A stretch of DNA of 64,000 nt. It comes from a virus. A program made the translations under genes and the position numbers. Location: the IMG/VR virus record IMGVR_UViG_3300045988_104412. One strand, given 5' to 3'. Below are positions 7,594 through 15,107 of this stretch, piece by piece. A model generated the notes under the pieces. The model did no database searches. It had not been told where the DNA came from and saw only the letters and a program-made list of their open reading frames with translations. How positions within the stretch are numbered: position 1 is the first letter of the stretch; each line of letters opens with the position of its first letter.

Positions 7594-8400
7594 ATGAATC
7601 AGATATTTGTTGAAGCAAAAAATCTTATTTGCAAAGATGGCTCGGTGTGGTTGTGGGAGTCTGAAAGCATGGAGACGGTGCGCTGCTTCGCATCCAACGA
7701 GGATGCACAGAAGTATATAGATTTGCATCATCAGTTTTGCCGTGAACGCGGCATGAAGGAAGAATCCTACAGCATCGGCACGGAGGCAGACTTTATGGCG
7801 GCTGCGAAAAAGTATGAAGCCGACAAGAAGGCCAACGAGGTGAAGGAGTATTGCAAGCACGTTGACGCATTGATAGAGCGCAGACAGCTCGAAATTAAGG
7901 CTCTGGACGGACTTGTTCAGGTGTGCCGAAAGTTTGATGGCAAGGTACTTAATAAACGCTTCCATGATGCAGTGAAGGAGGCGACGGGCTTTTATAGTTC
8001 GTTCGGTGAACGCCGCTTCGAGCTGAACTGCTACGACTATTACAACTTTATCGAGTATCGCCCTAATGTCTCAATGTCCGCCGACTGGAGCCACGGCATC
8101 AACCGCTACACCGGCAAGAAGAAGGAGATGAATCCGAACGACTGGCAGTGGGACACTGGCGACCGTCTGGATGCCGAAAAAGCGGTTGCCGTTATAGATT
8201 TTTACAAAAACGGCCTACTTGCCAAAATCGAGGAACTGAAGGCTTCAAAGAAGAAGTATGCAGCCTATCTGCGCCTGGCACGAAAAGCGGAGGCGATAAT
8301 GAAAGAAATGGAAGGCTACGACTACGAGATCCGCGAGTTCGCAAAGGAGAAAGCATTGAGCCAGTATAGCCATCATTCCTACTTCTGGAAGGGTTATTAA
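7594..8400 (+). CDS. hypothetical protein
   Basis: 268-aa ORF; hairpin 8413-8440 downstream. Confidence 0.6.
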   Translation: MNQIFVEAKNLICKDGSVWLWESESMETVRCFASNEDAQKYIDLHHQFCRERGMKEESYSIGTEADFMAAAKKYEADKKANEVKEYCKHVDALIERRQLEIKALDGLVQVCRKFDGKVLNKRFHDAVKEATGFYSSFGERRFELNCYDYYNFIEYRPNVSMSADWSHGINRYTGKKKEMNPNDWQWDTGDRLDAEKAVAVIDFYKNGLLAKIEELKASKKKYAAYLRLARKAEAIMKEMEGYDYEIREFAKEKALSQYSHHSYFWKGY

Positions 8401-8412
8401 TTCATTATTCAC

Positions 8413-8440
8413 GGGCTGCACCTGGCAGCAGGTGCAGCCC
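8413..8440 (+). terminator. hairpin terminator candidate
   Basis: GGGCTGCACC-tggcagca-GGTGCAGCCC, 10-bp stem. Confidence 0.6.
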
Positions 8441-8473
8441 TTATTATAGAACACATTAAAAATTGAGAAAATC

Positions 8474-9157
8474 ATGGATAAAAAGAAGTATATCGACGTG
8501 TTGACTGAACAGGCAAGTAAGCACGGCAGACCGCAGGAAATGGCCCTGAATGACTTCTGCGACTACCTTATAGAGTTCTTTAGCATTGACGCTTTTAAGG
8601 CTGGCACCGCTGAATATAGCCAGCACATTTTGAGCTGCACGAAGAAGAATCCTGACTTTGCAGGACTCACTTTTCAGTGGCTCGACGATGTGGCAACAGC
8701 AATGGAGCGTGGCGAGTGGCTGGACGTGTTCGGTATTTTGTATGAAGAAATGTATCTGAGCCGTGGCAAGGCATCGAAGACGGGGCAGTTCTTCACGCCT
8801 CAGAGTGTGTCGGACCTCATGGCACGGATTAGTGCCCTGGGAGCCGAAGACCATGGCAAGGTGAACGACTGCGCAGCAGGTAGCGGACGTTTGCTCCTGG
8901 CTCACTACATGGAGAAGAGCAAGCTGGACCATGCAGCCGGAAGGCGGTTCGAGTATGTGGCACAAGATAGCGATCCTATTGCTTGTAAGATGTGCGCCCT
9001 AAACTTCATGGTACATAGCATGTATGGCCGTGTGGAGTGTCGCGACACATTGCGCATGAGTGAGCCGACGGTGGTGTATTATATCAACGAGGTGAAATAT
9101 CCTTTTAACACGCCTTATTATAGCGTGAGAACGGTATTAGCGAAAAATCAGAAATAA
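8474..9157 (+). CDS. N6-adenine DNA methylase-like protein, short and with degenerate catalytic motif
   Basis: GQFFTPQSV and NDCAAGSGRLL (AdoMet motif I) present; KYPF stands where NPPF is expected and the ORF ends 13 aa later. Confidence 0.6.
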   Translation: MDKKKYIDVLTEQASKHGRPQEMALNDFCDYLIEFFSIDAFKAGTAEYSQHILSCTKKNPDFAGLTFQWLDDVATAMERGEWLDVFGILYEEMYLSRGKASKTGQFFTPQSVSDLMARISALGAEDHGKVNDCAAGSGRLLLAHYMEKSKLDHAAGRRFEYVAQDSDPIACKMCALNFMVHSMYGRVECRDTLRMSEPTVVYYINEVKYPFNTPYYSVRTVLAKNQK

Positions 9158-9165
9158 GGTATCAC

Positions 9166-9182
9166 GGGGGTGGAATACCCCC
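9166..9182 (+). terminator. hairpin terminator candidate
   Basis: GGGGGT-ggaat-ACCCCC. Confidence 0.5.
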
Positions 9183-9212
9183 TATTATGGAACATTAAAA
9201 ATACTAAGGATT

Positions 9213-9839
9213 ATGGCAAAGATATTTGTAAACGAAACTGTAGGTAAATTGCAAAGTTTTGTTGGTTTTTATGATTCAATTTGGAGTCCAAATGATGATA
9301 TATATTACGAGTGTGTAGAAGAAGATTTGGAGGAGGACGTTGATTTTACCTTCGACTATAAGCAATACCGGAATGACATCTGCAAAGCATATACGGAGGT
9401 GTGGGAATTGTGGATGCAGGAGTTTATCAGCGACGATATAGAACTGGAGTTCGTAGAGGTTCACAGTCCTTTATACTATAATTATGAAAATGATTCTTGT
9501 CGCGTGAAAATTCGCCTGACACAGGCTGCGGAGGATGCTATTATAGCCAAGATAGGAAAACACCGCAATCAGCTGGCTAAGTGGATAAAGGAAAACCACA
9601 CAAGCTATGATGGCTTCTTTTCTAATCTATCCAACGACATAGACCAGTGGCCAAGTCGTTTGTTTGACAACGATGAAACTTTTCAGCCTGCCTATCTCTT
9701 CTGTATGCTCTATTATATTGTCAAGGCAGAATATATGGCGACAGGCGAAACTGAAAGTCTTGAATACGAGGCATACGGTCGCATACGTGAAAATATTAGT
9801 GTAACATCATATATGAAGAATATAAAAAAAGTTGCTTGA
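9213..9839 (+). CDS. hypothetical protein
   Basis: 208-aa ORF, acidic N-terminal half. Confidence 0.6.
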   Translation: MAKIFVNETVGKLQSFVGFYDSIWSPNDDIYYECVEEDLEEDVDFTFDYKQYRNDICKAYTEVWELWMQEFISDDIELEFVEVHSPLYYNYENDSCRVKIRLTQAAEDAIIAKIGKHRNQLAKWIKENHTSYDGFFSNLSNDIDQWPSRLFDNDETFQPAYLFCMLYYIVKAEYMATGETESLEYEAYGRIRENISVTSYMKNIKKVA

Positions 9840-9843
9840 TTAT

Positions 9844-10209
9844 ATGAAGACATCAAGAACAATCCACTCCTTCCTGCTTAGTGAGCAGGAAGGACACACA
9901 CTCCTCACGGCTCAGGAATATCCCTGGAGTGTGTTGCAGGTGATACCTACCACTCCGGCAGACTTCGACCGCACATTGGCAGTTCTGGAGCAGCGAGGTT
10001 TTGTAGCCCATCACGACATCGACCGCACATTTTGCATCATCCATTTGACAAGCGGCGACCACGACGGACAACACCCTGAACGGTATATCACCATCACTCA
10101 GAACAACTACATGCAGTTCATTGAGGCATTGAAGGACACGATGGCGCAGGCAGCAGTGTGGTATGAGACGAATATTATTGAACCCTTAAAAAACGACAGA
10201 AGATTATGA
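9844..10209 (+). CDS. hypothetical protein
   Basis: First ATG of the ORF listed from TTG 9832; ends in ATGA overlap with next gene. Confidence 0.5.
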   Translation: MKTSRTIHSFLLSEQEGHTLLTAQEYPWSVLQVIPTTPADFDRTLAVLEQRGFVAHHDIDRTFCIIHLTSGDHDGQHPERYITITQNNYMQFIEALKDTMAQAAVWYETNIIEPLKNDRRL

Positions 10210-10457
10210 GAATACCGAAAGATATACCTAACGAATTGAAGCGTTTGATTAATGCTATTGTGAAACGTTTTGGCGATTGCGAAATTTGGCTTAATGGATA
10301 TAATAGAGATCCATGGGGATTCACCTGGTATGGCTCCAGTATGATTTGTGAACCTCTGTTTTGTAGTTATGGTTGCATAGGCTATAGCATCAATTATAAG
10401 GGGTACGAGCTTCATGTAGATAACGAATTGTCACGGATTGAGATTATTGATGAATAG
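10206..10457 (+). CDS. hypothetical protein
   Basis: 83-aa ORF, start overlaps upstream stop (ATGA). Confidence 0.5.
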   Translation: MRIPKDIPNELKRLINAIVKRFGDCEIWLNGYNRDPWGFTWYGSSMICEPLFCSYGCIGYSINYKGYELHVDNELSRIEIIDE

Positions 10458-10492
10458 TATATTATAATACCCTTAAAAAACGACAGAAAATT

Positions 10493-10717
10493 ATGAAATT
10501 CAAGACAGTAAAAACAATATTGACCGCTGCGCAGGAGAAGAAGCAGTACGGAGAAATCGACCTTAAAAGCGGCTCCTGCTGTAATTTTTGTTTCAATCTT
10601 GAGCCGGAGGAAATCATCGGCTACAACAGCGATACGGAGGTTATCTCGGTGTTAAAAGGCTCAACTGACGTATATATCGACTGTGAGGCGATAGAGAGCA
10701 TTACGGTGCATAAGTAA
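10493..10717 (+). CDS. hypothetical protein
   Basis: 74-aa ORF preceded by the same 28-nt element as the 10206 gene. Confidence 0.5.
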   Translation: MKFKTVKTILTAAQEKKQYGEIDLKSGSCCNFCFNLEPEEIIGYNSDTEVISVLKGSTDVYIDCEAIESITVHK

Positions 10718-10729
10718 CACTCTACCCCA

Positions 10730-10779
10730 TCCCGCGCCCGGCACGGCCTTTTGCGAAGGTTCGACCCCTTCGGCGGGAA
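10730..10779 (+). other. 50-nt tRNA top-half-like element (acceptor-like stem plus T-arm)
   Basis: TCCCGCG ... GAAGG-TTCGACC-CCTTC-GGCGGGA-A; canonical 5-bp/7-nt T-arm; only 18 nt where D and anticodon arms would be. Confidence 0.35.
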
Positions 10780-10890
10780 CGTTAAGTAATTATTAATTTT
10801 TAATTAGTAATTATTAATTGGCATTAATCATAATCAATAAAGTATTTTGTTTCCTGCTGCCGCGGTTCGTGAGGATAGCAGCAGCCACAA

Positions 10891-10940
10891 CGCCCACCAC
10901 GGCAAGGCGTGGCACCAGGTTCGAGCTCCTGGATGGGCGA
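10891..10940 (+). other. second 50-nt tRNA top-half-like element
   Basis: CGCCCAC ... CCAGG-TTCGAGCT-CCTGG-ATGGGCG-A; same architecture and similar 17-nt insert (CACGGCAAGGCGTGGCA vs CCCGGCACGGCCTTTTGC). Confidence 0.3.
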
Positions 10941-11011
10941 CTGAAAATAATAAAATACGCATAAATTATATATTAATGCGTCATTTATTTGGTAGTTATA
11001 AATATTATTGC

Positions 11012-11019
11012 TACCTTTG
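11012..11019 (+). promoter_or_regulatory. -7 promoter box TACCTTTG
   Basis: Exact TAnnTTTG 41 nt upstream of ATG 11060. Confidence 0.55.
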
Positions 11020-11059
11020 CAACAGACAAAAGAAACAACTAATTTAAACTTTAAACGAT

Positions 11060-11491
11060 ATGCGTAAATCAATAGACACTTACATTAAGGCGATAGCTCA
11101 CGACAACGAGCAGGAAATCCGCGAGAACTATATGACAGTAGCCGACTATATCATCAATGATGCAGAGAACTGCACCGGCTATTATGAGTATTTCGATGAC
11201 GAGGAGCTTGACGAGACAGGCGAACCTTCTGAGGCTCAAATCGAGGAGTTGAAGGCTTACCTCCGCGAGAACTATACAACGCCGATAGAACACCGCATCG
11301 AGGACATTGTGCTCACTAAGCACGGCAACGGTAGCGATAATCTACAGTATGTAGCCGACGGCAAGAACTTCGAGGTTGATGGCGAGTTCTATGTTGATAA
11401 AGAATACCGCCTTCACCACACCCACATCTTCGAGAACGGCGACGAGCAGGAGATAGTAATACCCTACGAGAATGGCGAACACAAGTTATAA
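11060..11491 (+). CDS. hypothetical acidic protein
   Basis: 143-aa ORF rich in D/E. Confidence 0.55.
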   Translation: MRKSIDTYIKAIAHDNEQEIRENYMTVADYIINDAENCTGYYEYFDDEELDETGEPSEAQIEELKAYLRENYTTPIEHRIEDIVLTKHGNGSDNLQYVADGKNFEVDGEFYVDKEYRLHHTHIFENGDEQEIVIPYENGEHKL

Positions 11492-11497
11492 CTCTTT

Positions 11498-11525
11498 CAG
11501 CCCTACCGCAAACACGGTTAAGCGG
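11498..11525 (+). promoter_or_regulatory. conserved pre-start element, copy 1 (CAGCCCT..ACGGTTAAGCGG)
   Basis: One of three copies; ACGGTTAAG ends 10-11 nt before the ATG in all three. Confidence 0.5.
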
Positions 11526-11531
11526 AACAAC

Positions 11532-11768
11532 ATGACAATCAAAAACATAAAGAAGATGACAGCTGACGCAGACAAGCAGTATCAGATTGTAAACGACCTC
11601 GTGAGCGAAGGTCTTGTACCTCTCATAGACATAGCCTATCCGCAGCATGATGGCGAGCAGGACGCAGAAGCGGTAGCAGATATGATGGCGTTGCGCCAGA
11701 GCGCTAATGCACTGGCAAAGGCTTGCAATATTCTTGTTGACAATCTTACAGACGTTATCGGGGATTAA
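11532..11768 (+). CDS. hypothetical protein
   Basis: ATG 11532 positioned by the conserved element; 78 aa. Confidence 0.5.
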   Translation: MTIKNIKKMTADADKQYQIVNDLVSEGLVPLIDIAYPQHDGEQDAEAVADMMALRQSANALAKACNILVDNLTDVIGD

Positions 11769-11778
11769 TTATCACATT

Positions 11779-11805
11779 CAGCCCTACGCATCACGGTTAA
11801 GCGGA
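11779..11805 (+). promoter_or_regulatory. conserved pre-start element, copy 2
   Basis: CAGCCCTACGCATCACGGTTAAGCGG, 10 nt before ATG 11811. Confidence 0.5.
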
Positions 11806-11810
11806 ATAAT

Positions 11811-12074
11811 ATGAAACAGTTTCTTTTACAATTGGGTAAGGAAAGTAAGGTATGTTCTAATATAGCAGAAGCCAAGGAATTTGTCTCTCGTTTTGGACAT
11901 CTGACGAGTGCAGGAGAAAAGAGAATTACCGGTTTGTTTGATGGCACAATAGGCATAAACCGAGACTTCGCCTGGATGATGCCCAAGCATATTCCAGAAT
12001 TAAAGAACTACCCTGAGCAGCATTGCAGAATGTGGATAAAACCATGTCCTGCGGACACCAACGAAGGAGAATAA
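11811..12074 (+). CDS. hypothetical protein
   Basis: 87-aa ORF. Confidence 0.5.
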   Translation: MKQFLLQLGKESKVCSNIAEAKEFVSRFGHLTSAGEKRITGLFDGTIGINRDFAWMMPKHIPELKNYPEQHCRMWIKPCPADTNEGE

Positions 12075-12084
12075 CCAGTACGCC

Positions 12085-12288
12085 ATGCACGAGATAATAG
12101 ACGTAATACACGACTATCTGTTTGTAACGCTCCGTCTGCGCAATGTGCAGACGGGCGCGACAAGAGACTGGAGGTATTGGGACGACCTGGAGGATTGGCT
12201 GTGCAAGGAGTACGGCGTGAAGGATCTGAAAGGTCTCGTTATAGACAAACTGCCTGATTATGGAGATTGGGTGGAATCAGGAACATAA
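12085..12288 (+). CDS. hypothetical protein
   Basis: 67-aa ORF. Confidence 0.5.
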   Translation: MHEIIDVIHDYLFVTLRLRNVQTGATRDWRYWDDLEDWLCKEYGVKDLKGLVIDKLPDYGDWVESGT

Positions 12289-12295
12289 AAATATT

Positions 12296-12321
12296 TAGCC
12301 CTCGACATAACGGTTAAGTCA
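12296..12321 (+). promoter_or_regulatory. conserved pre-start element, copy 3
   Basis: TAGCCCTCGACATAACGGTTAAGTCA, 11 nt before ATG 12328. Confidence 0.5.
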
Positions 12322-12327
12322 TAAGAT

Positions 12328-12906
12328 ATGTATATTGAATTGTCAGGAACTCATGCAAGTAATATGTTATTAAGAGTAAATTTACCAATCGACGATAGCA
12401 AGTATAAAAAGATTGGCGAAGACGTACTTGACGCTGAAGACGTAAATGAAAGTGTTTCAGAATGGTTTGTTCCTTATCTTTCAGACGGCAGAAACCATTC
12501 AGACGATTTCGCAGTGTGGTACAAGAAAAATGAAGAAAACACATGGTTTGACTTGCGTGAGGACGAGGAAGGGGTCTTCTATGCGGCTACTGGTGATACC
12601 GAAGGTATAAAGTTTTTAGACCGCCTTGATTTCTTCACTATTGATTATAACGGATTTGAGATAAATGTAGAAGGATTCAGTAAAGACGATTACACTCTTG
12701 GATTCTGGATCGACTCAGACGGCGGCATTCTTCGAGCTTCTGACGAAGAACGCGCTTTTGACTTTTATGATGACTTGGAAGATTCACATGAATATTATTC
12801 TAAGCAGGAATATACCTTGAAGTCCGCTCTCGATAATCTGATTGCTCACAGTGACGATTATCAGAACTCGGATAATGAGGATGAAGACATGGAAGAGGAG
12901 GAATAA
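12328..12906 (+). CDS. hypothetical, strongly acidic protein (DNA-mimic candidate)
   Basis: 192 aa, long D/E runs, ends NSDNEDEDMEEEE. Confidence 0.6.
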   Translation: MYIELSGTHASNMLLRVNLPIDDSKYKKIGEDVLDAEDVNESVSEWFVPYLSDGRNHSDDFAVWYKKNEENTWFDLREDEEGVFYAATGDTEGIKFLDRLDFFTIDYNGFEINVEGFSKDDYTLGFWIDSDGGILRASDEERAFDFYDDLEDSHEYYSKQEYTLKSALDNLIAHSDDYQNSDNEDEDMEEEE

Positions 12907-13150
12907 AAAAGCCCGACCTAAGCCGGGCTACGCAAGACTTTTACGTCTCGAATCTACGATAGTAGAAATTTGCTCTTTATGAGCGTTTAAATCCACAATT
13001 CCGAAGAATTGACTGTCAACGGGAGTTGTTATTTTCTTTCAATTCCATAAAGGTACAATTAAAAAGCCTTCCGAAGACAGGTGCAAATGTAGGAATTAAA
13101 ACGGTACGGACAAAGGATTTGGCTGTATTATTAACAAATATTTGGAAATT

Positions 13151-13354
13151 ATGAAGAAGGAACAATTAAAGGAACAGATAGAAAAAGCTGCTACGAAAGT
13201 ATGCCAGGCGTTGAATGCTCTGCAAGATATTGAGAGACAGTTTGACGACAATCTGGTAGACGAGAACGGCAAGAATGTGGAAGCCGAGTACTACGCCTTG
13301 CGCAATGCTATTGCGTCGGTAAAGTTGGCATACGAGGACATCAAGGATATTTAA
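13151..13354 (+). CDS. hypothetical coiled-coil protein
   Basis: First ATG of ORF listed from TTG 13142. Confidence 0.5.
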   Translation: MKKEQLKEQIEKAATKVCQALNALQDIERQFDDNLVDENGKNVEAEYYALRNAIASVKLAYEDIKDI

Positions 13355-13368
13355 TTAATATTACCATT

Positions 13369-14151
13369 ATGGCAGAACAGATTAGAGTATGGAAGTCGAA
13401 GAACTTGCACTCCACCTATATGCTTGTATATCGAGACGAGCTGACGGGGAGGCTGCGCGTCACTCGGATGGATGGCAGGAAGTGTGACAATGAAAAGGGC
13501 CTAATAAACAGTTATAACATGTTTGGTGGTGGTCTTTTGGCAGCTTGCAGGGACATGGGTAACGATGTTGCAGAGATACGCGCTGCCGTGGATCGTGAGA
13601 TAGCCGAGGAGACAGCACAGCGAGAACGTGAGGAGCTTCGACTGAAAGCGGAAGCAGAAGCTAAAGCGAAGGCTTTACAGGAGGCTCAGGAGATTAGGGC
13701 TGCGCTTGCCGGCACAAAGGACAGCGTATGTATCAAGCCTATTGAGGTGTTGCAGCGGTATGACCTCTTAGAGGAGCGTCTGGAACAACTGAAGTCTGGT
13801 GAGTATGCCGTTTGCATCAACTATAAGAAGAAGGGCGTTGTTGAGCTGCGCACGAAAGCACGAACGACCGACCATCTGAAGGTGTTGGCAAAGGTGACGA
13901 AGGAGGAAAGAAATAGTAAAGCCTCTTTACATCGTTTTGCCGTGAAGGTGCGCGAAGCGTATCAGTCGGGCATTGTTATCATCGGCAAGACTCACGCCCT
14001 TAAAGGCTTCGGCAAGCGCATTGTGGACGCTGCTCTCTGCGTCAAGGAGAGTCGGAACACATATTACTCATCGTCTGCGCCACGTCAGTATTACGACAAG
14101 AACACGCTTGTGTATATGAAACTGGAGCAAATAGAGAAAAATGACTTATAA
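13369..14151 (+). CDS. hypothetical protein
   Basis: 260-aa ORF with charged coiled-coil centre (EREELRLKAEAEAKAKALQEAQE). Confidence 0.6.
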   Translation: MAEQIRVWKSKNLHSTYMLVYRDELTGRLRVTRMDGRKCDNEKGLINSYNMFGGGLLAACRDMGNDVAEIRAAVDREIAEETAQREREELRLKAEAEAKAKALQEAQEIRAALAGTKDSVCIKPIEVLQRYDLLEERLEQLKSGEYAVCINYKKKGVVELRTKARTTDHLKVLAKVTKEERNSKASLHRFAVKVREAYQSGIVIIGKTHALKGFGKRIVDAALCVKESRNTYYSSSAPRQYYDKNTLVYMKLEQIEKNDL

Positions 14152-14162
14152 TGTTATAGACT

Positions 14163-14723
14163 ATGGCAGAAAACAGTAAAACTACGAGATCGGCAGGTAG
14201 GCCTGCCATCGGTGGCAAGAGACGACAATATGTAGTGACCGACGATGTGCACGAGTGGATAATGTCGCACGGTGGGGGAAAATACCTCACGGACACCATG
14301 CGCTGTGTGCGCGCTACGAGCGGAGGTAAAGGTGCCGTGACAGATTATGCGATGTGCATTCTTCGCGCTGCCACTTGCTTCGATTTTGAGGTAGACCTTA
14401 CCGAGCCTTATGCTGACTTGGGATTGAAAGCCCGCGACATGATATTGTCGGAGGTAAAAGAGCCTGAGACTTACCATGTTTATAAGGAGGGAACGTGGAA
14501 AGATGGTGTTTTCAGCAATAACATTGGCTCCCTTGCTATCAGTTCATCGTCAGAATGCCCTGAAGACGAAAGCAAGCGACGTTATTACAGACCGTCGGGA
14601 AACTTCGGGGATTATAAGCGTATTCCTTACAAGCGGGTGAAGGCAGGAGACTATTGCTTGGTTAATCGGTATATCGACGACAAAGCACGAGTCGTAGGAG
14701 TATTGGCACAAGTAGAGAAGTGA
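14163..14723 (+). CDS. hypothetical protein
   Basis: 186-aa ORF. Confidence 0.6.
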   Translation: MAENSKTTRSAGRPAIGGKRRQYVVTDDVHEWIMSHGGGKYLTDTMRCVRATSGGKGAVTDYAMCILRAATCFDFEVDLTEPYADLGLKARDMILSEVKEPETYHVYKEGTWKDGVFSNNIGSLAISSSSECPEDESKRRYYRPSGNFGDYKRIPYKRVKAGDYCLVNRYIDDKARVVGVLAQVEK

Positions 14724-14759
14724 AAATAAATAATAACAACAATAAAAAAACGAAATATT

Positions 14760-15071
14760 ATGGCAACAAAGAAAGTTTATCCGTTTATTAATGCAGAGAT
14801 GTTCGACCTTGAAGGCAACAACGACAGAAAGAACGTGACGTTTGACGCGCGAGAGGTCGAGAGCTACGAGTCATGGTCAAGTAAAGATGATGAAGATGAG
14901 AACGAGTGCGTACAAGTCAATTTCAAATCGGGACGGAAAATGTGTCTATACATGGAACTCGATCAAGAGCTTTACCCTGGCGACAATCTTATTACTGCAA
15001 TCGACATGGTGCATTACTCTCACTTCTGGCACGATAACGAAGACCCTACCCCGGACGAGGACGAGGAGTAA
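14760..15071 (+). CDS. hypothetical acidic protein
   Basis: 103-aa ORF, ends DPTPDEDEE. Confidence 0.55.
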   Translation: MATKKVYPFINAEMFDLEGNNDRKNVTFDAREVESYESWSSKDDEDENECVQVNFKSGRKMCLYMELDQELYPGDNLITAIDMVHYSHFWHDNEDPTPDEDEE

Positions 15072-15107
15072 CAACACACGAAAAACATTTTAAATACTTT
15101 ATAGAAT

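Noticed and set aside
10730-10940. Full-length tRNA genes at the two T-arm-like hairpins
   Set aside because: Only 17-18 nt separate the acceptor-like 5' strand from the T-arm, so no D or anticodon arm can be drawn. The second T-loop has 8 nt.
10824-11072. ORFs 10824-11072 (minus) and 10847-11047 (plus)
   Set aside because: They overlap the structured/AT-rich intergenic region and the promoter box at 11012-11019, and their composition is implausible.
12907-13150. Possible ncRNA in the 240-nt gap (hairpins TCTAC-gata-GTAGA and CAATTC-cgaa-GAATTG)
   Set aside because: There are only short isolated hairpins, no closing helix or repeats, and no promoter box. The evidence is too weak to call.
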